Positions 27,946 to 41,374 of a stretch of DNA of 64,000 bases are shown in pieces. Source of the stretch: Octopus vulgaris (Eukaryota); the NCBI GenBank assembly GCA_951406725.2, contig OX597833.1, positions 65,472,001 to 65,536,000 of the forward strand. The letters run 5' to 3'. How positions within the stretch are numbered: the stretch's first letter is position 1; each line of letters starts with the position of its first letter. The notes under the pieces are model-generated. The model worked only from the letters and a program-made list of their open reading frames with translations. It had not been told where the DNA came from and searched no databases. The translations under genes were made by a program, and so were the position numbers.

Positions 27946-28381
27946 GGATCTTTTCGGTTTGAACGGCAGTTTTTAACATAATTTCTAGGTAACTAAAAAA
28001 TTTTAAACTTCGTATAATGGTAGAATGTGTTTATAAAACATCTTTTTTCTCTTGGCTTTATTGAGAAAATTCTATAGTTTGTAAGATATTTGTTGTTGTT
28101 TTTCTTCGATTTCTGCAGTTTCAACCAATCAGTGACTTTTACTGAGGTAAAAAACATTCTGTGCCATATGAATATGTCCCTCGTTTAAGAAACAGATTGG
28201 GTATATTTACATTTCTGAAGAAAAAAAGATACCCTTCCCCCCACCTCTAAACCTAACCCTAACTAACCCTAACCCGAAAACAGATTGAAATGCAATAGAT
28301 CGATACTAGGGTCATAATTATGGGTGACAATTTCATATGACACCGATAGAAAAAAAACTGCCGTTCAAACCGAAAAGATCC
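27946..28381. mobile_element. MITE with 29-bp TIRs and an 8-bp TSD
   Basis: GGATCTTTTCGGTTTGAACGGCAGTTTTT ... AAAAACTGCCGTTCAAACCGAAAAGATCC; flanks AAAACACG / AAAGCACG. Confidence 0.88.
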
Positions 28382-28888
28382 AAAGCACGAAACGCTATAT
28401 CTTTCTTCACCTCTCACTACAAACCAAATTATCGATGTCTTGTATGAACTTTCAAATTGATAATCTCTTCTGATCTAATCTGGAATTAACCGAACTGAAC
28501 AGACATGTTATACAGATCATGTGATATCGAGCGATATGTTTCTTCCAGTATTATTTTTTTCTTTAACTCGGTTTCACCGACAATACACTTCTCGGTTAAA
28601 CTTCATTCGATCAATTTATCACCAAAATTGACAATGGAAGCAAAACTGTGACTCAGAGCAACTCGGATTTTTCTCATTCTGTCTACTTAAATTGATGGCA
28701 AACTGTCAAATGTATTTGGCACAAAGAGACTATTTTTTGTAGCGTTTCTTTCATATTTTCTATCTTTCCCCTTCACACACACACATACATATTATAACCG
28801 TTCTCTCTCTCTGTGTGTTCTGTCTTTGTTTGTCTGTCTGCCTCTCTCTGTCTCTCTCTGTCTCTTGTTTTTCTTTCAATATTATAAT

Positions 28889-29375
28889 AGCTGGCAGAAT
28901 ATGCTTGGCGACATTTCGTCAAATTTTACGTTCCACGTTCAAACGCTGCCGAGGTTTACTTTGCATTTTATCATTTCGGGGTCGATAAAATAAGTACCAT
29001 CCGAGTCCTGGGATCCGTGTAATCGAATTACCTCCTTTCCCAAATTTCAGGCCTTGTGCCTACAATAGAATGGATTATTATTATTATTGTTGTTGTTGTT
29101 GTTGTTGTTGTTGCTGTTGTTGTTGTTGTTTTTGTTGTTCTTGTTCTTGTTTTTATTAAGGAGGCGAGATGGCAGCATCGTTAGCACGCCGGGAAAAGTA
29201 TATAGCGGTATTTCGTCTGCCGTTAAGTTGTAAGTTCAAATTCTGCTGAAGTTGACTTTGCGTTTCATCCTTTCGCAGTCTATAAAATTAGTACCAGTTA
29301 TACACTGGGGTCGATGTAATCGACTTAATCCCTTCCCCAAAATTTGAGGCCATGTGCTTCCACTAAAAAAGAATT
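28889..29375 (+). mobile_element. Two SINE family B copies with tail 2 (28889-29075, 29160-29375)
   Basis: Family B body; tail ...CCCCAAAATTTGAGGCC.TGTGC...(ATT/AAT)n. Confidence 0.8.
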
Positions 29376-29404
29376 ATAATAATAATAATAATAATAATAA
29401 TAAT

Positions 29405-29832
29405 GGAGTGGTTGTGTGGTAAGTAGCTTGCTAACCAACCACATGGTTCCGGGTTCAGTCCCACTGCGTGGCATCTTGGGCAAGTGTCTTGTGCTATAGT
29501 CCCGGGCCGACCAATGCCTTGTGAGTGGATTTGGTAGACGGAAACTGAAAGAAGCATGTCGTATATATGTATATATATGTATATATGTGTATGTGTGTGT
29601 GTTTGTGTGTGTGTGTTTGTGTGTGTTTGTTTGTCCCCCTAGCATTGCTTGACAACCGATGCTGGTGTGTTTACGTCCCAGTCACCTAGCGGTTCGCCAA
29701 AAAAGACCGATAGAATAAGTACTGGGCTTACAAAGAATAAGTCCCGGGGTCGATTTGCTCGACTAAAGGCGGTGCTCCAGCATGGCTGCAGTCAAATGAC
29801 TGAAACAAGTAAAAGAGTAAAGAGAAAAGAGT
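29405..29832 (+). mobile_element. SINE family A
   Basis: Near full-length copy between (AAT)n tracts. Confidence 0.9.
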
Positions 29833-29842
29833 AATAATAATA

Positions 29843-29893
<51 letters not shown>

Positions 29894-30454
29894 GCCGTTT
29901 TTTCTTGCTCTTGCGGTTATTGTTATTATTTTTGATGTTATTTATCTTTTATTATTTCTTGTTCCGGTCGAGTAAGTTGTGCTTCACTTCTTGGCTTTCA
30001 GCATTGTGCATTCTTACCAGGTGAATCTTCGTTTGAAAAACTATTTAATATTTATTAATGTGAACCGTCTAGACAAACAGGTACAAATTAAATTTCTTTT
30101 CTTACTGCTTTCCGTTTTCAGAGAGAGAGAAAAAATTCTTCAGTTTCCGAACAAAAAGTTTCTCTTTTTTTTTTTTTTCCACACGGAAGCTAACGTAGTT
30201 ACATCCACCAGAAATAGTAGCATCGATTCGGACTAAAAGAATGAACGTTTTTATGGTCGGTGAATAAACGAAGATAAAAGAAAACAAATTTATTTCCTCA
30301 AAAGAAGACAAATACTTCTCAGCCAAAAGGAAATAATAACGTTATAAGAAAAGATAACATTATTTTGAACGAACGATTAATAACGTGCTTTTTTTTTTTG
30401 TTTAGGAACAAGGCCAGAAATGTAACTGCTTTGGAATAATAATGATAATAATCA

Positions 30455-30598
30455 TTTCTACTAAAGACACAAGGCTTGAAATTTCGGTGATGAAAGGCAA
30501 AGTCGACCTCGGCGGAATTTGAACCCAGAACGCAAAGACGGACGAAATGCCGCTAAGCATTTCATCCGACATGCTAACGATACTGCCAACTCGCCGCC
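30455..30598 (-). mobile_element. SINE family B (internally deleted)
   Basis: Head at 30598, joined directly to tail 2. Confidence 0.75.
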
Positions 30599-30621
30599 TT
30601 ATGAAAATAATGACGATAATG

Positions 30622-30811
<190 letters not shown>

Positions 30812-32472
30812 GCAAAAGCTACCTTTATCAAAGGAAAAATGACAGAAACATCTAACGTTAACCTTGACCAGCAGAATGTCATAAAAGAATTAGACCCAGC
30901 AGAGAACTACAAGTATCTAGGGGTAATTGAAGGAGAAGGAATAGGGCATTCAGAGATGAAGGAAAGGATCAGGAGAGAATGCTATCGCAGAGTAAGAGCA
31001 ATACTCAAGACAGAGCTGAATGCGAGAAACAGGATCGAAGCGATCAATGCATTAGCCATACCAGTCGTGACTTACAGTTTCAGTATCGTTAACTAGTCAA
31101 TCACTGAAATATGTAATCTTGACAGAAAAATACGAAAACTGTTGACAATGCATAGAATGCACCACCCTAAGGCAGATACAGAACGACTTTATCTGCCAAA
31201 AAAAGAGGGAGGCCGTGGACTTTTACAACTGGCAATAACAATGAAGATTGCTACAATTGGCCTAGACACCTACCTGAAAAACTCTGAGGACTGGATGTTA
31301 AAACTTGTCTCAAAACATGAAAACAAGAAAGCATCATACTCAGTAACAAATCAGGCAAAGGAATATCTAAGTGAATTCCGAATACAACAAATTTCGGAAT
31401 TAGAGATAGACATACAAGAAACAGGCACAGAAAAAGCTAAGCGCATGAAAACCCGTGCTAAATCTGCGGCCTTAGATATTCTGAATGATAAATGGCAAGA
31501 AAAACCTCTCTATGGCAAATACCCAAAGAGAGCAAATAATGCAGATGTTGACAAAGCCCTGACTCATCAATGGCTAATGGCCTCTGGCTTAAAATCTGAA
31601 ACAGAGGGGTTTATCATAGCAGCTCAAGATCAATGCCTACCAACAAGAAACTACCAGGCCAACATATTAAAGATCAGAAGCAGTCCAACGTGTCGTGTAT
31701 GCAAGCAACAAAATGAAACCATTGACCGTGTGGTCTCCAAGTGCAGTCTTCTAGCGCCTACAGAATATCTCAACAGGCACGATAGAGCTGCACAATATAT
31801 TCACTGGGTAATCTGTAAAAACCTGGATTTGCCCCATGAAAAAAACTGGTGGGAACACAAACCACCCCCTGTGCTTGAAAATGACCACATCTCACTCCTC
31901 TGGAACTTCGCCATTCAAACTGACAGAAAGATAGATGCAAATAGGCCAGACATCATATTGAAAGACTTCAAACAAAGAACATGCCTCCTCATTGATATGA
32001 CTGTCCCAATCGATATAAACGTATCTGTCAAGACCTACCAAAAACTGAGCAAATATAAAGATCTTGAAATAGAAATCAGCAAAATGTGGAAGCTGAAGAC
32101 TAAAACAATACCTGTTGTCATAGGTGCCCTGGGAATGATAGCAAAAGGAGCAGATAGGTACCTAACTCAGATACCAGGAAACCCAAAAATGGCAGAAATT
32201 CAAAAGATAGTGCTCATGGGAACTGCTCATATCCTACGCAAAATACTTTCTATGTAATCTCAAGGTTTAAAACAAACATAATTTTCGGTTTAAAAAAAAA
32301 AAAAAAAAAATTTTTTTAGACATTCATTAGTACAACACCCCCACCCCCCCAAATATATGGCACACTAGGCATAACAACAACATGAACTTCTTCCAACCCT
32401 GTTGTCTCTTGAGGTCTCTGGGTGAGACTTGGAGCCAACTTGTACAAATATAAAGCAAAAGTCAAACATAGA
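30812..32472 (+). mobile_element. 5'-truncated R4/Dong-clade non-LTR retrotransposon (RT thumb, zinc knuckle, restriction-like endonuclease), inactivated
   Basis: One reading frame 30812-32257 with in-frame TAG at 31094-31096: YKYLGV, HPKADTERLYLPKKEGGRGL, AAQDQ, CRVC...ID(R)VVSKC (CCHC with H>R), RHD, RPD...LID...KLSKY, IPVVIGALG, GTAHILRK. 3' UTR follows; (AAT)n on both sides. Confidence 0.93.
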
Positions 32473-32507
32473 ATAATAATAATAATAATAATAATGATAA
32501 TAATAAT

Positions 32508-32746
32508 GAGTTTTAATTGAGAAAGAAAGCAAACTATGCTGGTTCCTAGATATAGCATGCCCAGCTGACAACAAGGTATGCGATAAGGAAGGAAGAAAAG
32601 TTGAGAGATAAGACAGGTTAGCTTGGGAGGTTAAGCAATTTTGGTCGATTAAAAAGGCAGCGATAGTACCAATAATTGTCGGAGTGCTGGGAACAGTGAG
32701 CAAAAATCTTGAGAAGTACGTGGAACAAATAGGGGCTGCAATAAGC
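32508..32746 (+). mobile_element. RLE fragment of a second, divergent R4/Dong lineage
   Basis: VLIEKESKLCWFLDIACPADNKVCDKEGRKVER*DRLAWEVKQFWSIKKAAIVPIIVGVLGTVSKNLEKY. Confidence 0.78.
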
Positions 32747-33088
32747 CGTCAAGTGGTATAATCACCACACGGAGGCTGTAACTGAGGGAGAATGTGTAAC
32801 AATTATTTGGGACTTTCTAGTAAAGTACTGCCGACACATTAAAGCTAATAAACCGGAGATTTTTGTAAAAGATAGAAAGAATAGTTTACTGATTGACACT
32901 AGAAACTTTTTAAAAAATGTTTCCACGAATAAACGAACACAGAATCAAATGGAGGAAAAGAGAGAATGAACGAATGAATGAATTATGGAATAATGTTATG
33001 TATGGAGAGGAATCACGGTATCGTTCAAAACAAAATGTACTTTCCGTTCCAATATGTCTTCCACGAATTTTGAGAAAATAAACTATAT

Positions 33089-33484
33089 AGTGGCTGTGTG
33101 GTAAGTAGCTTGCTAACCAACCAGGTTCAGTCCCCCTGCGTGACATGTTGGGCAAGTGTCTTCTGCTATAGCCCCAGGTCGACCAATGCCTTGTGAGTGG
33201 ATTTGGTAGACGGAAACTGAAAGAAGCCTATCGTGTATATGTATATATATATATGTGTGTGTGTGTGTGTCTGTGTGTGTATTTGTGTGTCTGTGTTTGC
33301 CCCCCTAGCATTGCTTGACAACCGATGCTGGTGTGTTTACGTCCCCGTCACTTAGCGGTTCGGCAAAAGAGACCGATAGAATAAGTACTGGCCTTACAAA
33401 GAATAAGTCCCGGGGTCGATTTGCTCGACTAAAGGCGGTGCTCCAGCATGGCCGCAGTAAAATGACTGAAACAAGTAAAAGAGT
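33089..33484 (+). mobile_element. SINE family A
   Basis: Family A match. Confidence 0.9.
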
Positions 33485-33939
33485 ATATAAAAAAAACCCA
33501 CTTCCTTACATGAAAACGAAAAGAAGAAACACAGTTGACAGTTAAAGTATTGGTAGGTTATCAATCACATTTAGAATTTAGAAATTATACCAGACAAGGA
33601 TTGTCGGATATTTTTAAACGGCAGCCATCACAAAAATATTGAGCAGTGAAGAAAACAAAGAGCAAAAGTCACTTTCTAGAAATAGCAATGAAATCTCTCT
33701 AAAATTTCTCCCCATCGTTTTATTAATGGGAGTACAGTTTCGATAGTCTGTTTCCAGACATATTAAGTCCCAGCCCTCGTTCTGACATTGATCAAATATA
33801 AAACATTCCATGTTCGGTTCATTCGTAAAGTGTTTTTTGATTAATCGTTTGGTACACATCGTAAAACAATGTTTATATACGTGTGTATATTTGTCTACAA
33901 GTAGATGCATATATCTATGTATACATGTGTATATACGCA

Positions 33940-34150
33940 AGGCGGTGAGCTGGCAGTATGCTTAGCGGTATTTCGTCTGCAGCTACGTTCTGAGTTCAAA
34001 TTCCGCCGAGGTCGACTTTGCCTTTCATCCCTTCGTGGTGGATTAAATAAGTACCAGTTACGCACTGGGGTCGATGTAATCGACTTAATCCGTTTGTCTG
34101 TCTTTGTTTGTCCCCTCTGTGTATAGCCCGTTGTGGACAGTAAAGAAATA
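33940..34150 (+). mobile_element. SINE family B with Tx1-like tail 1
   Basis: Tail TTGTCCCCTCTGTGTATAGCCCGTTGTGGACAGTAAAGAAAT. Confidence 0.85.
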
Positions 34151-34211
34151 ATATGTGTATATACGTAAATATGGTTCGCTTAACATCATGTATTTCTACC
34201 CACAATAATAA

Positions 34212-34600
34212 CGGCTTCAAATTTTGGCACACATCCAGCAATTTTGAGGGAGCCTTGTATTAAACTGGTATTTTTATTATCGACTCCGAAGGATGAAAAG
34301 CAGAGCCGACCTCGCTGGAGTTTGAACTTAGAACGTAAACATGGACGAAATTAGGGTAAGCTGTTTGCCCGGCGTTCTGAGGAATCTACCATATCGCTGC
34401 GTTATGGCTTGAAATTATGACGAATTAATTACACTTGGATGGGGGTAAGTGGGTTACATGAAACCCAGTACTCCACTCGTACTTATTTTATCGATTCTCG
34501 AAAGATAAAATCCATAGTCGACTTTGGCGGAATTTGAACTCAGAACGTAAAGACTGACGAAATGCCGCTAAGCTAGCTAAGGACTCTACCTGCTTACCGT
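34212..34600 (-). mobile_element. Two diverged SINE family B copies
   Basis: Reverse-complement matches to the B body. Confidence 0.7.
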
Positions 34601-34714
34601 CTTAATGTTATACTGTAATTTAAAATTAAAATAAATAAAGAATGTGAAATGTACTGTCAAAGAAATAATTATTTGAGGGAGAGTGAGAGTGAGGTGGGGA
34701 GAAATATAAAGACA

Positions 34715-35104
34715 CTAGCAGTATCGCCCGGCGTTGCTCGGGTTTGTTTCGACCCTTTAGAATTGAAATTTTTGAAAAGTAAAAATTTTGCATTATGTAG
34801 CTTGTTATTCTCTTTAAGTGTACATTTTTCTGGTTGAAATACACCGAAAAATGGTGACACAGCAGTCAAAAAATCGTAAAAAACAGGGATTTTCATAGAA
34901 AAAGAGCACCTTTTTGATGTAAATAAGTTTTGATCTTAACATGGTCCGATTTGAATTTTATCTTCTACGGAGTGAAGAGCAAGCCTTTTTCTATCATACT
35001 CTTAATTTTGATCAACTTGCGCTGCAGGGTCTGGGAGAAGATAGTGTTAGTTGAAGGCTACCAAACCTGCCACACACAGACAACTTCAGCTTTATATATA
35101 AAGA
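34715..35104 (-). mobile_element. Non-autonomous Helitron type 1
   Basis: Intact hairpin and CTAG end; TC start. Confidence 0.88.
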
Positions 35105-35961
35105 CATTTGAGATGTGGTCTGTGAAAGATATTGAACTTACAAGCTTAAGACCATGTATTGGCGAGCAATGTGAAAATGTCATGAAAATGTACTCACAAA
35201 CACACACACACACACACACATAAAGAGAAACAGAAGGAGGGAGAGATAGAGAGAAATACATTCCATGTATGTTGTCTATTTTCTTTAACTCTAACCACCA
35301 TAGATATTAAACGAAAGTGTCTGTGTCGGCCATGACAGAACATTTGGTAAAACCGTTGAATTTTTAATATGTTTACCGAAGCATTACGAAAATCTTTCAT
35401 AAGTTACGAGCTTCCCACGAATTCATATTAGGTATGCAAATCAATTACGATATTTTACGCTTTACCGTTAATAATAGGAGTGATGTAAACACCAAAGACA
35501 CGTAAGCGCACCTCATTCCATTCTTCAATATCGCCTCTGATAAATAATTCGTGACTGGAAAATTCTATGAGTTCATCTTCCTCCAGATTAGCATCGATAT
35601 CTAGATCAAAACAAGGTTGCTTTTTCGTTTTTGTTTTTTTTTCATTTTTAACCAGAATGAAGTTTTTTATTTATTTATTTATTTATTTTATAATATCTTG
35701 ACACATTTAAAGAATCCATTTCTACTGCGACCAAGGAGTTTTAGAGGGTTGAAACAAACAGTAACGAATGTTCCGGATAAGCATCGGAAGAGGAAAGGAA
35801 GGGGAAAAAAAGTTGATACATGCTCCCTTTAATTCGGTTTACGTACCTTCCCTTTCCTATGAACATTTAAAGTGCATCTTTTTAAGCATATAATGTATAT
35901 ATGTGTGTATGTATGTATTTATGTATGTGTATATACATATACATACATATATACATTTGTA

Positions 35962-36008
<47 letters not shown>

Positions 36009-36092
36009 GTACATATATATATATATATACATATACATACATATATATATACATAAATATATATAATATATGTATATACATATATATGTGTG

Positions 36093-36183
<91 letters not shown>

Positions 36184-36282
36184 CTGTACGCATAAGGTCA
36201 TATATGTGTATACATATATACATACATATATACATATACATACATATGTATATACAAATATATATACTTATATGTATGTATG

Positions 36283-36316
<34 letters not shown>

Positions 36317-37554
36317 TGTATGTATGTATGTATGTATGTATAAATATATACGTGCGTGAGTGTGCAAATGTGTGATATAGTTTCGGGGGTAAAAGAATTT
36401 CAATAAGATTATGTACTAGGAGTTATTATTATGCAATGCAATGCAATCCAATCATAACATTTTTGTATTAATAATGCATGTTATACTGTGATAATATGTT
36501 AATAACGTTTCGCCAAAAAAGGAAGAAGAAAAAAAGCAAAAAGCAAAAAGCAAAAACAACACACAGAACTAAATTCTTGTAGATGTATTTTATTGTATGT
36601 TATTCTATTTACCGTGTCATCTGTGATGGATGATTCGTGACTAGCAAACTTAACGTATGCAATCTTCTAACGGCTAACACATAGTATTGATTCGAAAATA
36701 GAGTTTTCGAGCAACGGTTTTGATTTAATTAACTTATTCATTCATTTATTTATTTAGTTAATTATTTATTCATACCTTTTATATCACATACATTAATTAT
36801 CATATTTAATTTTTTTTTTCTTCTTCTTCTGTCGAATAATGTTATATTCTGTGAAGTACATATCCATATACTTTTAAGATAATTCGCTTCTCTGTGTTTA
36901 AATTTTGTTATGAAACACTGGTTCTTAACATTTTGTGTCATACATCTTTTCTTTTTGTTTTCTTCTCTTTTGTTTTTCTTCTTTTTTTTTGGTACATGCT
37001 CTCAGATATTTGTAAAAGTTCACCTCCTTCTAATGGAATTCAATGACATGCCTCCTCATTCAATTACACCAAATGTATTTAACTGCTTCATTAACAATCA
37101 ACAACTCATTAACAATTGCGACATGACACTGAATCCTCTCTCCACTCAATATGAAGGAGCAGAAACGATATCCAGTAATCTCCCGTTTTTATTCTTTTAT
37201 TGCCAGAATTTACAAGAATTCGTTTTCAGATTTGGTTTGAAGGATTCTTGAATGCGAACTTGCTTACACCATAAATTGTATATCTCGCAAAGTCATGAGG
37301 CCAATAGTAAACACACGCCTTGCAGTTATTTCACTTCATTTTTGTTAATCAAGGTTACTTCAATCTGATTGTTTTTTAATCCATATTTTAGCTATGGATC
37401 CCTGTAGATCTTATTTACCTCGGGTGGAACCTAGTAGCTTTTCAATGTTTAAAGAAAATCACATATTTTTTTAATTAAATACAATTAAGAAATGCATTGA
37501 AAATATTGTTAAAATAATTTGTACATTGTAGAAATGTTATCCAGTTTATTGGAC

Positions 37555-37709
37555 AGACGTGGCTGAGCGGGTAGAAGCTTACTTCAAAATCACATGGTTC
37601 CAAGTTCAGTCCCACTGCCTGGCACCTTGGGCAAGTGTCTTCCACCATAGCCTCGTACCGACCAAAGCCAGCTGCGTAGATTTGGTAGATGGAAACTGAA
37701 AAAGCCTGT

Positions 37710-37784
<75 letters not shown>

Positions 37785-37992
37785 CTTTTATGCTTGTACC
37801 TATTTCAGTTATTTGACGCCACCCACGCTGGAGCACTGCATTCAGTCGAGCAAATAGGGCCAGGACTTATTCTTTGTAAGCCTAGTACTTATTCTATCGT
37901 TCCTTTTTGCTGAACCGCTAAGTTACAGGGACGTAAACACACCAGCATCGGTTGTCAAGCGATGTTGTGGAGAACAAACACAGACACACAAT

Positions 37993-38045
<53 letters not shown>

Positions 38046-38051
38046 GTGTGT

Positions 38052-38098
<47 letters not shown>

Positions 38099-38450
38099 CA
38101 GGCTTCTTTCAGTTGCCGTTTACCAAATCTACTCACAAGTCTTTGGTGGCCCGAGACTATAGTAGAAGACAGTTGTCCAAGGTTCCACGCATTGGGCATA
38201 AACCCGGAGTCATATGGTTGGTAAGCAAGCTACTTACCACGTATGTGCGTCTTTGTTTGGCCCCTCTTCCATCGCTTGACAACCTGTGTTGGTGTGTTTA
38301 CGTCAACGTAAGCTAGCAGCTCGTCACAAACGATCGATAGAATAAGTACTCGGCTTCAAAAACAAAAGTTCTGGTGTCGACACATTCGACCATAAATTTT
38401 TGAATGCGGTGCCCCAGCAAGGGCGCAGTCTAATGACTGAAACAAGTGAC
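37555..38450. mobile_element. SINE A cluster: plus-strand head (37555-37712), minus-strand copy (37795-38240), plus-strand 3' half (38240-38450)
   Basis: Family A segments in alternating orientation; consistent with one copy nested in the internal microsatellite of another. Confidence 0.75.
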
Positions 38451-38488
38451 AGATAACAGAAAGATATGTTTGTCTAATTTCTTCGTGT

Positions 38489-38580
38489 AGGCATAACGCC
38501 AAGACGAACTTCCAACTTGTAACTTGAGGTCTCTGGGTGAGACTTGGAGCCAACTTCTACAAATGTAAAGCAAAAGTCAA

Positions 38581-38630
<50 letters not shown>
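38489..38630 (+). mobile_element. 3' UTR remnant of the Dong element family with (AAT)n tail
   Basis: TTGAGGTCTCTGGGTGAGACTTGGAGCCAACTT...AAAGCAAAAGTCAAA near-identical to 32409-32466. Confidence 0.85.
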
Positions 38631-38632
<2 letters not shown>

Positions 38633-38785
38633 TTAAAAAATACCTTAGCAATGAGAAGCCAGGTTCGAAATTTCCCGTAGACACCTGATGAAGCCTGGAG
38701 GGTACATGAGCCGAAATGTTGTGCTAACAACAATCAATATGAAGACAAATATCCGTCAAATGTAAATAATGTAAATAATGTGCAA
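38630..38785 (+). mobile_element. Penelope-like repeat family H1 with minimal hammerhead (38681-38724)
   Basis: ACAC CTGATGA A GCCTG GAGGGTACAT GAGCC GAAA TGTT GTGC (helix II degenerate in this copy); downstream (ATGTAAATA)n shared with the 20.6 kb copy. Confidence 0.65.
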
Positions 38786-38799
38786 AAATTTTATGTTTT

Positions 38800-39250
38800 C
38801 TAAATCTGAGATATTTTTACCGCCAGTTATTGACGTGACATAATGCAGAGAAACAAAGGCATACTTGGAATCTGCTGCTTTTAAATGTCCACGACAGGGA
38901 TTAATTATATAAGCAATTTTATATGTTCGGCATGCAACATTTGCGTGCAAGACGAATATACTTTGCATTAAATATTCTTTGAATACGTTAAATATTGTAG
39001 TATTTATTGCGTCAGTTTTGAAATGGTTTGGCAAATTGGAACTATTCCAAGATTTCTTTATTAGAATTTGGATATAATACACGTACATTAGTAATACCGA
39101 ATCCATATCACGTCTACTACTTTCATCTAAGTCTTTTGAGAATTCTGAAGCTTGCAGATTACCAAAGTGTTTTTTGAAAGATCTTTCCATTTCGTTAAGT
39201 CTTGGTGAATCTGAAGTATTTCGGAGAGAGTTTAGTAATAGTATATTACA
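38800..39250 (-). mobile_element. Degenerate hAT (Buster/Charlie-like) transposase fragment
   Basis: LQASEFSKDLDESSRRDMDSVLLMYVYYI ... TIFNVFKEYL resembles the FSLQLDEST..LL.YVR. motif. Confidence 0.6.
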
Positions 39251-39256
39251 CACTGT

Positions 39257-39530
39257 GAAAGCGCGTGACCTCGTGGTAAAACGTGTTACTCTGTCGATCG
39301 CTAGACATGGGTTCGATTCCCAGACCAGCCGTGCGTTGTGTTCTTAAGCAAAGCACTTTATTTCTGGTTGCTACTATTCATTTGGCTGAATATGTGTAAC
39401 CGTGTGAAAGACGAGCTTTTAATCAAGGGGCCTATGGGTCTGTCCGCCTAGCCAGTGGGTGACATCGTTCGAAAGCTGAAACAACAGTGCATTGCGACCA
39501 GATATGTATAACAGCACCCGATATAGGGTC
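39257..39530 (+). mobile_element. Diverged tRNA SINE (C-like middle + tail Y)
   Basis: GGTTCGATTCCCAGACC B-box, GTTGTGTTCTTAAGCAAAGCACTT body, tail similar to 24620-24740. Confidence 0.6.
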
Positions 39531-39535
39531 AATAA

Positions 39536-39932
39536 GGTGGTGATCTGGCAGAAACTTTAAGCACGCCGGGCGAAGTGCTTAGCGGTATTTCGTCTGCCGT
39601 TACGTTCTGAGTTCAAATTCCGCCTGGGCCGACTTTGCCTCTCATCCTTTCGGGATCGATAAATTAAGTACCAGTTACGCACTGGGGTCAATGTAATCGA
39701 CTTAATCCGTTTGTCTGTCCTTGTTTGTCCTCTCTGTGTTTAGCCCCTTGTGGGTAGTACAGAAATAAGTATTTCGTCTGCCGCTACGTTCTGAGTTCAA
39801 GTTCCGCCGAGGTCGAATTTTGCCTCTCATCGTCTCGACGTCGATAAATTAAGTACCAGTTGCGCACTGGTGTCGATCTAATGGGCTGGCCCTCTCCCTT
39901 AAAAATTTCAGGCTTTGTGCCTAGAGGATAAA
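39536..39932 (+). mobile_element. Tandem SINE B pair (tail 1 copy then 5'-truncated tail 2 copy)
   Basis: Two B bodies back to back. Confidence 0.85.
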
Positions 39933-40043
39933 AAAAAAAACAATAGCGGGTCCATGTTATTATTTATGTCTTCATTTACAGTTGGTAACATCTCCATATT
40001 TAGCAATGAATCTTAAAATTTTATAGCATGCAATTTTGTCTCC

Positions 40044-40451
40044 TTTACTCTTTACTTTTTTACTCTTTTACTTGTTTCAGTCATTTGACTGCGGCCATGC
40101 TGGAGCACCGCCTTTAATCGAGCAACTCGATCCCGGGACTTATTCTTTTGTAAGCCCAGTACTTATTCTATCGGTCTCTTTTGCCGAACCGCTAGGTAAC
40201 GGGGACATAAACACACCAGCATCTGTTGTCAAGCAATGCTAGGGGGACAAACAAACACATACACATACATGCATATATATATATATACGACAGGCTTCTT
40301 TCAGTTTTCCGTCTACCTAATCCACTCCCAAGGCTTTGGTCGGCCCGGGGCTATAGCAGAAGACACTTGCCCAAGATGCCACGCAGTGGGATTGAACCCG
40401 GAACCATGTAGTCGGTAAACAAGCTACTTATCACACAGCCACTCCTGCGCC
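40044..40451 (-). mobile_element. SINE family A
   Basis: Full-length reverse copy with a (TACTCTTT)n-like tail. Confidence 0.9.
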
Positions 40452-41015
40452 TACCTTTTTTTTTGCAATCAATTCAAAAACTATAGTTCGTTATTTTAAA
40501 CATATTTTTAAAACCCGACAAAACTCCAGCATTCTTTTAATGTTTCATGATAAAATTATCAATCATTCCTGAAGGCTAAATTTCGTTCGTTTGAAATATG
40601 GGTACCTTTTTATTTAATATTTTATGAATTTTTTAGTCAGCATTTTTATAAAACATTGAATTCTGTTCACTATTAATTAACTGTGTCACTCAATATTTGA
40701 AATATTTACTGAGCGCCACCAGCAGTTTACTTTTTACATTTATTTCCACGATGCTAACCAAACTCTCATTGCATTTATGATGATGAAGAAGGAAAAACAC
40801 TCCCCGCCCACAAGAAAGTGAATGTACTATTTAGGAAATAATCAATTAAAATTAATTGAACAAATAAAAAATCAAATGGAATAATTAGGTTAATTAAGTA
40901 GTGCCCTATAATAAATGACTTGTATTTGGTCGTCTGGAAATTAGGAAATACTCAGAATTGAACGAACTTTTATAATGCTTTCGTTATTTAATATATTTAG
41001 ACATAATAATATATT

Positions 41016-41094
41016 TAGGAAATGTTCTGTACAGTAAAATGGCCGTAAATATTTAATATATTTACGGCCATTTTGCTCTACAGGAAATTTCCTA
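41016..41094. other. 79-nt near-perfect hairpin
   Basis: TAGGAAATGTTCTGTACAGTAAAATGGCCGTAAATAT-TTAAT-ATATTTACGGCCATTTTGCTCTACAGGAAATTTCCTA. Confidence 0.85.
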
Positions 41095-41164
41095 CAGATG
41101 TGGTTTGGAAAACGTCCAAGTTATGTATATATCCGTTATATATATATATGTGTGTGTGTGTGTG

Positions 41165-41208
<44 letters not shown>

Positions 41209-41314
41209 ACGAATGTATGTACATATATAGATGTATATATATATATGTGTGTGTATGTATATATATATATATACATATATTTTTGTTTTTCTAAAAAAGT
41301 CAACTATATATATA

Positions 41315-41374
<60 letters not shown>

